Part shown: positions 19,474 to 30,163 of the stretch, one piece after another
Layout of the letters: every line of letters starts with the position of its first letter
How positions within the stretch are numbered: the stretch's first letter is position 1
IMG/VR virus record: IMGVR_UViG_3300021400_000045
Span: 1 to 64,000 of that record
Reading direction: 5' to 3' (one strand)
Length of the DNA stretch: 64,000 bases
Source: a virus
Lineage: Duplodnaviria > Caudoviricetes
Program-made: the position numbers and the translations under genes
The notes under the pieces: generated by a model
Database searches by the model: none
Seen by the model: the letters and a program-made list of their open reading frames with translations, nothing else
What the model was told of the DNA's origin: nothing

Positions 19474-20292
19474 TCAATCCGTCACAAGCTCTATGTGTCC
19501 GTCCTCCGCTCTCTTGATCAGTCCCTCAAGCGTCAAGATATGCGCAAGGTGCTTTCTGACTGCATCAAGCTGATTAACGCGCTCGGCGTGTCCTCTGACA
19601 AGGTGCTTCATGTTCTCGGCTTGTTTCGCTGTGATGCGCTTCATACGCTCGGCTGTGCTGATTGCTTCAATTACTCGGCGTGTCCAGTCCTTCACGGCTT
19701 CGCGCTCGGTGATGGCTTTTTCCTGTCCGCTGGTGGTGGCGTGTTCGCTGATATGCTCTATCGGTGTGCCTTCCTTAGCGCTCCTACTGGTGTACCACTT
19801 CTCAAGCCTTCCGCATGCGCGGCATGCTTCAATGAAGGGGCTGAGACGGTCTGTGTAATAGTCCTGTTCATACTCGGCGGGGTTCGTGGCGGTATATTGC
19901 ATGGCTTCCGCTTCCGCTTCCTGCAGGGCCTTCGATGCTTCCTGTACCATGTCCGCATAGTGGGCGATATAAGCATTCTTGTCGGCGGTCGCTCCTCGTC
20001 TGATCGCCCCTTTGATTTTCGCGCCAACTACGCGCTTAGCAAGGTTGTATGCGCTGTCAGAAAATACGGCTTTCCGCTCGGCGCTCTCTTCCGCTCGGTG
20101 ATTAAGGGGGGCGGTTCGTGCGGTTCTCTCGGTCGCGGTCGTGGTTGGGGTGTCCGTGGGGCGCGTTCCGTTGTGGTGGTGGTTGGGGGCGATGATGGCA
20201 AGGGTTCGTGCTATGCGCTCGGCTACGGTGGCGGGGGTGCGGGTGTCGTTCATGCGTTCAAATGCTCGTTCGATGCGTTCGCGGTTCTTCAT
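19474..20292 (-). CDS. Divergent sigma-factor-like / helical regulatory protein
   Basis: RBS GGAAGGAAGG; ADMVQEA (region 2-like) and ITAKQAENMKHL...VRKHL (region 4-like); weak similarity. Confidence 0.4.
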   Translation of the reverse strand: MKNRERIERAFERMNDTRTPATVAERIARTLAIIAPNHHHNGTRPTDTPTTTATERTARTAPLNHRAEESAERKAVFSDSAYNLAKRVVGAKIKGAIRRGATADKNAYIAHYADMVQEASKALQEAEAEAMQYTATNPAEYEQDYYTDRLSPFIEACRACGRLEKWYTSRSAKEGTPIEHISEHATTSGQEKAITEREAVKDWTRRVIEAISTAERMKRITAKQAENMKHLVRGHAERVNQLDAVRKHLAHILTLEGLIKRAEDGHIELVTD

Positions 20293-20599
20293 GGTGTTCC
20301 TTCCTTCCTGCGCTCGTGGCGCTCTCGTGTGGTGGTCTGTACTTCATTGGAAGTACTATAGTAGTATTCGACACGATTTCCCGAATTCCTGCTATATTTT
20401 CAGATTGACATAATTTTGACACTGTCTGTTTACAATTTAGTCACGGTATATCGGGCTTCTCGGGTGCTGTGGGGGTGTAATCGTTCAATGATTGATGTGG
20501 TCAATTGTTGGTGATTATGTTCTCGGTCATCGTCTGAAATGATCGGGTTCGTACTGGTCTATTGTCTCTCGTTCCCTTTTCAACGTCTCTCGTTTGCGT

Positions 20600-20980
20600 T
20601 GGCGCGGTTCGATTGCTATGCATGGTACGTTCCGCGCTGGTGCGATGACCGGCAACGGTCACAGGGTAGCTGGAGATCCTGACATTGAACCCCAGCGCAT
20701 TACCTCTGACATGCAGGATGAAGGGGATACAGCAGCGCGACACTTGCAGGCGCTCAGCCAGGCCGATAGCCTTCGGTGATTCGGCATTACGGGCCTGTCC
20801 TTCGGCCAGGTCTGCTGGGGCACTGTGCGCGTGTACGTCCACCGAGCTGTGGTATAAGGCCATGACAGATATTCGCAGTCGCAAGACTGACTTTGCCCGC
20901 AGTGCAAGCCTGCGGGCCTTATGCCAGCGCCGACCGCACGAGGTCAGCGCGGTAAAATAATTAGCTGGCAAAGCCAGCAG
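20600..20980 (+). ncRNA. Candidate large structured RNA / leader of the early operon
   Basis: Two cUUCGg loops, GCAA-capped stems and long-range helices (see findings). Confidence 0.6.
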
Positions 20981-20993
20981 AAAGAGGTACACT

Positions 20994-21914
20994 ATGTACA
21001 ATGCCACTGATTACACCGAGAAGAAGTCTGTCGCTCAGTCTAAGCTCAACGCCTACGTTGAAAAGGTCAACGCCAACAAGCCCGCAGCTAACGAAGTCGC
21101 TGGCGCGAAAGAAGCGCTCGACAAGGCCATCGGCGATTACAACGCGCTTGTCATCTCCGACGCCTATGAGCGCCTGTTCCTGCTGACCGCCGACGCCACT
21201 GAGGTCGGCCCGCTGACCGATCCCGCCGAGCACCTGAAGCAGGTCGATCCCATTGGCCGCGCTCTCCGCGCCTATCGCTTCGCGGGCCTGATGAAGGTCA
21301 GCATCAAGCGCGAGAAAGACACGGGCCGCATCACGACGGCGTCGCTGGCCTTTGTGGCTGACGATGACGCCGACGACAAGAAGCAGGTCTACCACCTGCG
21401 CGACATTGAAGCAAAGTGGGACGAGCTTCAGAAGGCCGCAGAGGTGCCGCAGAAGGTTTCGCTCATGGCGTCGCCTGAGTGGTCTGCGCTCGTGTACCGT
21501 ATGCAGCGCCTGTTTACGGCTCGCTCGCTGTCGCTGGGCGGGTATGCCGTCCCGTCCGGACTGACTGCCGATTACATCGTGTATACGGCTGACGGGCAGG
21601 CTGTCGCGGTCGGTGACCTGACCGACGAGCAGCGGAAGGCGCTTGATGACAAGGTGAGCATCAAGAAGCTCAAGGAAGAGCTCCAGGCGCTTGTGGACGC
21701 CGTGTACTTTGACAGCACGGGCCGGAAGAACGGCTCCAACAAGTACCGTGTCGCGGAAAAGGACGTGAAATGGGTCACGGACAACGCGCAAAAGTTCGAC
21801 GAGCGCAGGCACAAGACGGTCATGATGACTGAAGCTCTGGCCTTCGAGCTGACCTTCTGCCTGACCGCGCACATCGTGACCGGCAAGGCATACGACGCGA
21901 TTCTGGGGGAGTAA
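20994..21914 (+). CDS. First gene of the early operon, unknown function
   Basis: 306 aa, RBS AGAGG, strongly biased codon usage. Confidence 0.8.
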   Translation: MYNATDYTEKKSVAQSKLNAYVEKVNANKPAANEVAGAKEALDKAIGDYNALVISDAYERLFLLTADATEVGPLTDPAEHLKQVDPIGRALRAYRFAGLMKVSIKREKDTGRITTASLAFVADDDADDKKQVYHLRDIEAKWDELQKAAEVPQKVSLMASPEWSALVYRMQRLFTARSLSLGGYAVPSGLTADYIVYTADGQAVAVGDLTDEQRKALDDKVSIKKLKEELQALVDAVYFDSTGRKNGSNKYRVAEKDVKWVTDNAQKFDERRHKTVMMTEALAFELTFCLTAHIVTGKAYDAILGE

Positions 21915-21983
21915 CACTCCCCTTTGCTCCGCATGACTCAAGCCTCCACGCGGCGCGGGGTGGGTAACGCTGATTGAGTCCAC

Positions 21984-22012
21984 TTGTCAACAGATCTGAA
22001 ACGTGCTACAAT
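21984..22012 (+). promoter_or_regulatory. SigA-type promoter
   Basis: TTGTCA-17 nt-TACAAT with extended TG. Confidence 0.6.
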
Positions 22013-22030
22013 GACACAGGGGTGGTGATA

Positions 22031-22234
22031 GTGCCAGGAAAGTACAAAAATCCGAACTATGTATCCGAGTACAAGCGTGCAAAATACGAAAGTATCATGC
22101 TCCAGTACAACCATGAGCGCAGATACAAAGAACGTGTAAAAGCTCAAGCCGATGACGACGGGCTGTCCATAACCGCGTGGATCCTCCGCGCTATCGACCG
22201 AGAGCTTGCCCGCGAGAGCGGGAGAGAGGAGTGA
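22031..22234 (+). CDS. Ribbon-helix-helix (Arc/HicB-C-like) DNA-binding protein
   Basis: YKERVKAQADDDGLSITAWILRAIDREL. Confidence 0.65.
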   Translation: MPGKYKNPNYVSEYKRAKYESIMLQYNHERRYKERVKAQADDDGLSITAWILRAIDRELARESGREE

Positions 22235-22240
22235 TAGCAT

Positions 22241-22942
22241 TTGAAAGTCCCCCGTTACCTTGACGAGATCGACCCTAAGACCCTGACCGACGAGCAGCGC
22301 GAAAAGCTCCGCCACATTTACGAGACTGACCCGTATACGTTTTATAACATGTGGCGGGATCCTGCGCAGGCCCAGATCTGGGCTGAAGGCGAAAATTTCG
22401 CGACTGAGCCAGCCAGCGACTACTTCGCCAAGATTGGTGCGCTGAGACTCGCGAGAGCGCCGGAGGCTGTCGTTGACTTCTGGAAGGACGTGCTTGAGCA
22501 CAAAGCCCGCGACGAGAGCGACGATTTGTTGCCGCCCGCGAAGAAGCCAGTGGTCGAGAAGCTCCAGCAAATCGAAGACCTGTGCGAGTATCTCGACGGC
22601 CTGCTGAACTGGGTCGAAGACAACACCGAACCAGACACGCCTGAGGACGATTTCCCAGAAAACATCCCGTTTTCCGGCAAATGGACACGCCTGATGCAAC
22701 GCGCCACCGGCAATATGATAGCCGAGCATCACGACGGCACCGTCCAGCATTTCAGATCCACCGACGTGGTGCAGGCGAACATGGGCGTGGAAGTTGTCGA
22801 AGTGGAACTGGAACCGGAATCAGAAATGATTTTGGATCTGGAAGACTGGGACAAGAATTATATCAAGCCAGAAGCCTGTTCTATCAGCAGAAATGGAACC
22901 AGAACCAGGATCAGATTAGAGTTTTATCACTGCTACGAATAA
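22241..22942 (+). CDS. Acidic hypothetical protein
   Basis: TTG start with RBS GAGGAG. Confidence 0.7.
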   Translation: MKVPRYLDEIDPKTLTDEQREKLRHIYETDPYTFYNMWRDPAQAQIWAEGENFATEPASDYFAKIGALRLARAPEAVVDFWKDVLEHKARDESDDLLPPAKKPVVEKLQQIEDLCEYLDGLLNWVEDNTEPDTPEDDFPENIPFSGKWTRLMQRATGNMIAEHHDGTVQHFRSTDVVQANMGVEVVEVELEPESEMILDLEDWDKNYIKPEACSISRNGTRTRIRLEFYHCYE

Positions 22943-22961
22943 CCGAATACTCATCACTGCG

Positions 22962-22984
22962 ACCGCCTTCGGGCGGTTTTTTTA
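22962..22984 (+). terminator. Intrinsic terminator
   Basis: ACCGCC-TTCG-GGCGGT plus T run. Confidence 0.85.
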
Positions 22985-24897
22985 TGCCCAAAAATCCCGC
23001 ATGAGGGGTTTGCGAGCAACGTTTTTTGCGATCACTGGTCAGACGGAACCAGAAAAGAAAGGAGAATGCAACCTTGAAGAACATCATCATGGTTACAGGC
23101 AAGACCCGTCGCTACATCATCAATCACGTCCGTAAGAACCGCACCCTCCAGCGGAAAGCCGAACGGAACAGGAAACATCTGGATCGGAAGATCTGGGAGG
23201 CGCTGTATGCCTAACTGGATTATTCTCGCGATCCCGCTGGCACTTCTGTACGCCATCGGAACCATAATTGAAGCCGTAAAGGAGCATCACGAACGTGTGA
23301 TGCTCCATTTCATTATCGACGGTGACCGTCTCCAGTCTGAGCGCTGGAATCGGAACCAGAAGCCGAAAATGAACCATGAGCGTCGGTATTGCTGACGCGG
23401 AACCAGAAAGGAGCACAGAATGTACGACGCCAAAACTTGCCACATGATTTGGTCGAATCAGTATCTGGATTATAAGGATTGGAAGGACTGGCTGGAAGAA
23501 GACTATCCAGACCTGACGGAATCGGAACGCGAATCGCTCATGTACGAGCTGAATGACGAGTATCTTGAGGACGAACGCACCAACCTGAACATCTCGCTCG
23601 GAATGCCGATTATCGTCATCGCGGACTTGGGGCTCTGGGACGGACGGCGATCCGGTTACAAGGTTATCGGAACCGGAAATATTTCCGATTGCCTGTACGA
23701 CGATTGCGATTACCTGACGTGGTATGTGGACGGAGTCGGGGATCTGAACTGTGACGCCAGCCATCACGATGGAACAAATCACTACCTGTATAGGGTGTTT
23801 CGCGGCGGAACCACACCGGAACAGATGCGGAATTTGGAACAGAAGATCTACAACGGAACCGCAACCTGGAAGGACATCGCCGGAATCACAACCAAGATCG
23901 GGCCCGCCATCGCGAAAGTATACGGGTGGTGACGGAATGAAAAAGCTACTCTCACTGTTCCTGGTCGTGATTGGATTCACAGCCGGATGGTTGATCACCA
24001 TCCATACTGCGATCCCGCTCACGGAACCGGAAACGAAACACATTCTGATTGTAGACTGGGCAGGACTCGTATGGGAATATGAGCCATAACGGAACCAGAA
24101 AGGAGAACGGAATATGAAGCGCGTTTTTGAGTGGCATGGCAGGAAATACTACCTGCTCGGAACCGGAGCGGATGGCCAAAACCTATGGCTTGAGGAAGCC
24201 AGATTTGATTGCGGATGGTACTGGGGCGTTGGGTACATCGAGAGCTTCACAAATAACAGAGCCCCGTGGAACAGCAAAGATATCGAAATGCATACGCACT
24301 TCGATTACCAGATGGAGAATCAGACGGATGAGTATGGTTGCGCTATGAACTGGCACGACGGATTCAAAAAGATGTGCCCAGAAACCCCGCTGACGGATAA
24401 GGAAATCTGGACGGTTGTCGAGCTCATGCGGAGCCTGTACACAATGCGGCGCTATTCAGACATGATTCATCGCGGAGGGTCGTACTACACCACAAACCCG
24501 CTGTGGAACCAAATCAAGGATCCGACGGAATACGAGTACAACAGAATTAACAAAACACTGATTCCCGCTTTGCTCACGAAGCTGTATAGTATCCTGGACG
24601 GAACCGCGAGGAAGGAAGAAAAGGAGGCCGAACGGAATGGAAAGCAAACTTAAACCCACGATGTACTTTGTGCGAGTCTATGAAGGCTCGTGCAACTTCG
24701 AGTACGAGTACGCCGGATTCGAGCAGGCGGAATCTCATCTGGAATGGGAATTGGAATCCGGTCACTGTGCCTCGCTGTTCGCCCACTACTGGGACGGACA
24801 CGCAGGCTGGGATGAATTCATCCGGTAAAACCAAATACGATTCTTACAGGGACGGAACAGAACACCGCCCCTGTTTTATTTGAAAGGAGAAAATACT

Positions 24898-25599
24898 ATG
24901 GCGTACAAACTTGCTCTCGGCATTACTCAAACGGAACACGAAGGAAAATTGCTTGGGATACCGAGCATTTCCACCTGCTGCCTGACGAACCCCATCTGCC
25001 TGGCACGGATGCAAAACGGAGACAGCGTTTGCGCTCATTGCTATGCCGCAACACTGATGAAAATCAGAAAAGCGCTCAAAGAAGCGATGATCAGAAACAT
25101 GGATATTCTGACGGATCATGTTCTCACAATCGACGAGCTGGACGGAATGGAGATTAAATTCACGCCGAAGATGCGCGAGCTTAATCCCGAAATGTTCGCC
25201 CGCGAAGAGAGCTTCGGAGATGTGTCGAACGTGACTCAGGCCATCAATTACTTCTTGATTGCCAAACGGAACGGCGCTTTCAAGTGGGCAATATGGACTA
25301 AAAACCATTGGATCGTAGCGGAAGCGTATCGGATCCTCGGCTGGAAGCCGGACAATCTTAGCATCGGGTATAGTTCGCCGAAACTCAACGAGGTTGTCGA
25401 TTTGTCTACACTGGATCCAGACTTCGTGAAAATCTGTGACTTTGTTTTCACTGTCTTCACCAAGCAGTTCGCGAAGGAGCACGGAATCAAGATCAACTGC
25501 GGTGGTCGCGCTTGCCGGAAATGCGGGCAGTGCTACAAGTCCAATAAGACCAAGGCCGAGACTGGTCGGATCGTGTATGTCAACGAAGAGTTGAAGTGA
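24898..25599 (+). CDS. GP88-like Cys-rich protein
   Basis: C...C...VCAHCYA, ESFGD, AIWTKN, CGGRACRKCGQCY. Confidence 0.6.
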   Translation: MAYKLALGITQTEHEGKLLGIPSISTCCLTNPICLARMQNGDSVCAHCYAATLMKIRKALKEAMIRNMDILTDHVLTIDELDGMEIKFTPKMRELNPEMFAREESFGDVSNVTQAINYFLIAKRNGAFKWAIWTKNHWIVAEAYRILGWKPDNLSIGYSSPKLNEVVDLSTLDPDFVKICDFVFTVFTKQFAKEHGIKINCGGRACRKCGQCYKSNKTKAETGRIVYVNEELK

Positions 25600-26452
25600 G
25601 GTGGAATCAGAATGGCGCGGAGAATGTATACGGTTAGTGCAATCAATGGTCTCATCAGTGAGGCCGTTGATGCCGGTTATGACGTCGTGACGGTCGAGGA
25701 AGGCGTTCTCGGATTTGGAACCACAGTTCTGATCGCACCGAGGGAAGGCTATTACAATTTCATCGTTCAGGAGCGATACTTGAACGAGTGGTCGAGCGGA
25801 CACACCGTCCGCCGGACTCAGAAGCTGAGCAAGGCGATGATCAAGCAAATCGACGCTGTAATGGAACAGCAAGCGAAAGGAGCATAGTCATGAAATGCCG
25901 TGCTTATTCTGTCGCCTTCAACCGCCAAGAGGACTCTGGCGGAATGAGCGTCATGAAAACCAAGACCGTCGCGGAACCGATATGCGTCGTACCGACGGCA
26001 CAAAATATCAAGGCGGTAATCTGCCTCTTCACTGACCTGCCAATCGACACCCGCTACATGTCCATAGCGGAACAGATTCGGGACGGACTTGACTGCGGAT
26101 TATTCATCATCAGTCTGCGGAGCGATGAGGATCTTGTCAGTTATAGCTTGAGCTTTCTGGAGGTGTGAGGAATGAAAATCGTTTATCAGATCATCATTAC
26201 GGACGAGGATGTCCGGCACGATGTTGAGAGTATCGTCAAAGAAAACTGCGACAACGAATGGATTGAATTTCCAAACAAAAAAGCGCGTGCCGAATTCATC
26301 GACGACTGTGTGGAATACTTTTGCGACCAGTATGAAGATGGATTCTATGACCGTGTAATGGAACGCAATGAATATGAGGCCGTAATAATCGAGTTCGCGG
26401 ACGATTACGGATACAGACTGTATGACATGACGATTGATGAAGGAGTGAAACC

Positions 26453-26845
26453 ATGATCGGAATCTACGTCCACAACAGCATCGGTGTCCCCTATGCGGAC
26501 GCAATCGTGAACGGCGGCAAGACCGTGGAAACTCGGACGCGTGACGTTCTCGGAAGGTTCGTTGGCGAGCCTGTGGCAATAGTACGGACTCGCGACCGGC
26601 ACCCGGCGGACATCATCGGAATCGTGGCAATCGTGCATAAAAAATTCTGTACAAAAGAAGAGCTGGACGGAATGCGGGATGAAACCTGCATTCCACCTGG
26701 ATCGAAGTTCGACTGTAATGGAAAAGGAAAGTGGTGTTACTTCCTGACGAACCCGATGAAGCTGACCACGCCGATTCCGCTGAGTGATGTAAAAATCATC
26801 AAGCGGAATATGAGCTGGTGTGAGTTTGAACTGAAAGGAGAATAA
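26453..26845 (+). CDS. ASCH-domain protein
   Basis: PYADAIVNGGKTVETR motif. Confidence 0.75.
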   Translation: MIGIYVHNSIGVPYADAIVNGGKTVETRTRDVLGRFVGEPVAIVRTRDRHPADIIGIVAIVHKKFCTKEELDGMRDETCIPPGSKFDCNGKGKWCYFLTNPMKLTTPIPLSDVKIIKRNMSWCEFELKGE

Positions 26846-27318
26846 CAATGGCCCTGGCTACAAAGGAACAGGAGCGGCAGGCACTCCAGAAGATCAGAAA
26901 GATCGTTGCAGACCTTGGCGATCAGTCTTATATCGGAATGGCGTTTGAGGGCTGTTTCGAGATTGCCGAAGAGAATATCGAAAATGACTTCGGCTGCTCG
27001 ATGAAGGAGCGGGCGGAAGCCGCCGAAAAGAACATCGAGCTTGCGCGGAAGAAATGCGAGGAGCTGAAAGCCAAGCTGGATCAGGCAGAAGAATGGAACG
27101 AAGGCTGGCATCGAAAGTGTGACGCGATGCAGGAAACGATCGATAAAATGCAGGAGCGGATCGACGAAAAAGACGCTGAATTGCACGAAGAAAAGGTTGC
27201 GCGTGGAATGACGGAAATCGACCGGATCAAGACCGATGATGAGATCAAGAGTCTGAAGGCCGAGATCATTAAACTGAAAGCGAAACTGTACGACCTGATG
27301 GTGGAGGAGGAATAACAA

Positions 27319-27717
27319 ATGAAAATTGCCCGTGAAGTATTCGGAACAAAATTCGAAATTGAACTCACGGAACAGGAGGTCGTGCAGGCGCACATCTCAT
27401 ACATGGAAAAAGCAACTGGCAGTAAGGTCGGGATTGGCGACACTGTGATGCCTCGCAAGCCCAAGATCCTGTACAACGACGGACTGCTGAAGGCGCGGGA
27501 CGAGATTGACAAGTATAGGCACTGCCCGTTCGTAGTTGGACGGATCATTGATGAATATCTTGACGATATATGTTTAGCCTATCTGGACGGAATGTCGTCC
27601 AGCAAGCTCGCCGCTCTACTGAACGTATCGCCGCTGACAATACGTCGGCACATTCAGAAAGCTGGATTAGAGATCAAGCCGAGGGTTCGGGATCTTTACG
27701 CTATGCAAATCGCCTGA
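27319..27717 (+). CDS. Protein with C-terminal HTH
   Basis: YLDGMSSSKLAALLNVSPLTIRRHI. Confidence 0.7.
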   Translation: MKIAREVFGTKFEIELTEQEVVQAHISYMEKATGSKVGIGDTVMPRKPKILYNDGLLKARDEIDKYRHCPFVVGRIIDEYLDDICLAYLDGMSSSKLAALLNVSPLTIRRHIQKAGLEIKPRVRDLYAMQIA

Positions 27718-28164
27718 CGGAAGGAGAAATGAAAATGATTTATACGGATGAAGAGCTCGCCATCCTGAGAGAGAACACCAAGCAGATCGAGGGCTACCTT
27801 CGGAACCTGATGCCGCGCCTCAGGGAAAGCATTCACATTGAGTTCGGCGATACTGTTGTTCGCAGAGGGGATTATGGGTGCAGAGCTTATGAAAAGGAGT
27901 TCGATTTATGGGTAAGTAAGAACGATATCTTCGGCGGGTCTGGCGGATTGAGATACAGCTTTGAACCCGTGGAGGGATATCACTGCGGCCTGATTGAGAT
28001 CTACAAAGACAGGGGTTACGGCGGCAAGTATATGGCCTCGCTGTGCAATAACTGGCAGAGCGTCAAATGGAATATCAATCAGGCGATTGGCAGGCAGGAA
28101 GCCAAGGTCGCCAACATCCACAGCTTTGTTTTGTGACTTGTCAACCGGACTGAGAGGTGATATC

Positions 28165-28488
28165 ATGAAAGCGAAAGAGCTGACCAAGCTCGACCGGAGC
28201 GTGAACTACATCCTGTTCGCTCTGGACGAGTACATGCTGAACCTGTGCGGAAAGAGGTACGATTGGAACACGATCAACCTCTATCACATCCCGCTGATCA
28301 ACGGGAACTACAAAGGGAACCAAGTGCAGGTCACGTTCAACCTGCCAGGAAGGAAGGTGAAGTACTGGCTGAACGGAAAAAACGTGGAGGTGGACAACTA
28401 CTACAGCTACGACAGTGAGGACATGGCGATGGCCGTTTCGGAATGGAATGGACGGAACTTCCTCGGCGAGTTCGACTTCTTTATCTGA
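28165..28488 (+). CDS. Hypothetical protein
   Basis: RBS GAGGTG; TTGTCA...TATCAT promoter-like sequence overlaps the RBS. Confidence 0.6.
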   Translation: MKAKELTKLDRSVNYILFALDEYMLNLCGKRYDWNTINLYHIPLINGNYKGNQVQVTFNLPGRKVKYWLNGKNVEVDNYYSYDSEDMAMAVSEWNGRNFLGEFDFFI

Positions 28489-28499
28489 GAGGTGATCGA

Positions 28500-29186
28500 A
28501 TGGATCCAAGAGACGTTATATGGCTGATCCTCATCGGACTGTTCTTCCTGATCCGGTGGTTCAATGGCTTTGTTCACAGGCAGGAAGCTGTGCAGGGTGC
28601 CAAGGACATGGATATGGCGTTGGCCAAGTATGGTGAGCTGACGCCGGAACTGAAAGAACAGCTCGAAAAGACCACAGAGGACATAATGGAAACCTATTAC
28701 TGGCGTGGCATCAAGTGGGCAACCGATCCGTATCACAACTGGCTCGGCTATCAACCGCCACAGTTTGACTGGATGGATTGCTACAAGGATCCCGATGCCA
28801 TGAAAGCGCACATGATGCAACTGTTCAGTAGCGGCTACTATAACCTGTACGGAACCGGAAAGCTGGCATTCATCACGATCGCGGAAACGCAACGCGAATA
28901 TATGACACCGCTTGCCAAGCGTTGCATCGACAAGATGTTACCCTATCTTCCAAAGAGGAACATGCCGCCGGACTGGAGAACGAAATTCAATCCGCCGTGC
29001 GAGAACGTAGAGTGCCGCAAGAAAATTGCGGAGATGACCAACACGATGGCCCGGAGCTGGCTGTGCGTTACGGACGAACAGCTACAACTGAGCAAAGAAC
29101 AGGAGCGCTATGTGGAATCACAAGCGCCAAGAAGACACTGGACTGACAACAATAACAACTTCAACGATACCTTCAGGATGGACTGA
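28500..29186 (+). CDS. Membrane-anchored hypothetical protein
   Basis: N-terminal VIWLILIGLFFLIRW; followed by a terminator. Confidence 0.65.
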   Translation: MDPRDVIWLILIGLFFLIRWFNGFVHRQEAVQGAKDMDMALAKYGELTPELKEQLEKTTEDIMETYYWRGIKWATDPYHNWLGYQPPQFDWMDCYKDPDAMKAHMMQLFSSGYYNLYGTGKLAFITIAETQREYMTPLAKRCIDKMLPYLPKRNMPPDWRTKFNPPCENVECRKKIAEMTNTMARSWLCVTDEQLQLSKEQERYVESQAPRRHWTDNNNNFNDTFRMD

Positions 29187-29225
29187 CAATTGAATAAGTA
29201 ACCGCGACGAATATTGAAAACGATT

Positions 29226-29254
29226 AGGACTGTGAGTTGTTCGCAGTCCTTTTC
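29226..29254 (+). terminator. Intrinsic terminator
   Basis: AGGACTGTGA...TCGCAGTCCT followed by TTT. Confidence 0.6.
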
Positions 29255-29830
29255 ATTTAGAAAGGATGGACGGAATGATTAACACATTTGGATTAAAGAT
29301 GACCGGACTGAGCGAAGCCGCGAAGTCCACCAACGAGTATCCGTGGTGCGGACTGCACTACGACGAGCTGTTCTACAACATTCGCACCGGCAAGGTATGG
29401 ACGGTGCATCAGGTTTCCCTGAATCATGCTTCGGAAACGGAATATGATAATCCGTCCATCATCAAGGTCGGAAATTGCACGAGCCGACTGACGGAACAGC
29501 AGTTGGCCGTGAAGATATATCGTGGTCTTCAGAAGGCAGGCCGCATCACGAGAGCGTGAAAGGAGCAGGAACTATGAAGATGACGCCGAGAGAATTGTAT
29601 GAAGCCCTGGTCACCGCAATGCCAGAGGATCAGATCGACCACCATGAATCAGACCTGTATGTGAAAGTCACGAACACCAGTATGAAAATCATCCATCAGT
29701 CTGGATTGATTCGTGGACATGGGTACACAACGTTCGTGGATCAGATTACGAATACGTTATGGTACGATATCGCTTTCTGCTACTCACCGTTCTGGGAGGA
29801 GCATGCACGGAAACAGGAAGGAGAACAGGT

Positions 29831-30163
29831 ATGAAGACATTTGAAGTGAAGACGCCCTACAGTTACGAGCCAGAATGCGTCCTGGTTCTGAACAAGTACG
29901 CCAACAATCAGCACATCGCCCTGAGTGTATGGTGTGAGGACGGGCCGTTCGCTGACATCACGGTAAATCTACCGGAAACAAAGCGGCATCCGAATAACTT
30001 CGGATTTGTGGACACCAACAACTTTCCGCAGGCACATAGGTTGATCAAGGAACTTGGAATCGGAAAGCCCACTGGAACATATGCTCAGAGCGGCTGGTGC
30101 TACTACCCCTTGTACGAGTTCGACCTTGACAAAATCAAAGAGTGGACGGAAGGAGAAGAATGA
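29831..30163 (+). CDS. DUF4313-like protein
   Basis: PFADITVNL, FVDTNN, QSGWCYYPLYEFD. Confidence 0.65.
   Translation: MKTFEVKTPYSYEPECVLVLNKYANNQHIALSVWCEDGPFADITVNLPETKRHPNNFGFVDTNNFPQAHRLIKELGIGKPTGTYAQSGWCYYPLYEFDLDKIKEWTEGEE

Noticed and set aside
19321-20361. 346-aa plus-strand ORF and other long antisense ORFs (for example 12575-13606, 20961-21983, 24844-25872, 55195-56604)
   Set aside because: Shadows of real opposite-strand genes in GC-rich DNA; no RBS and no recognisable motifs.
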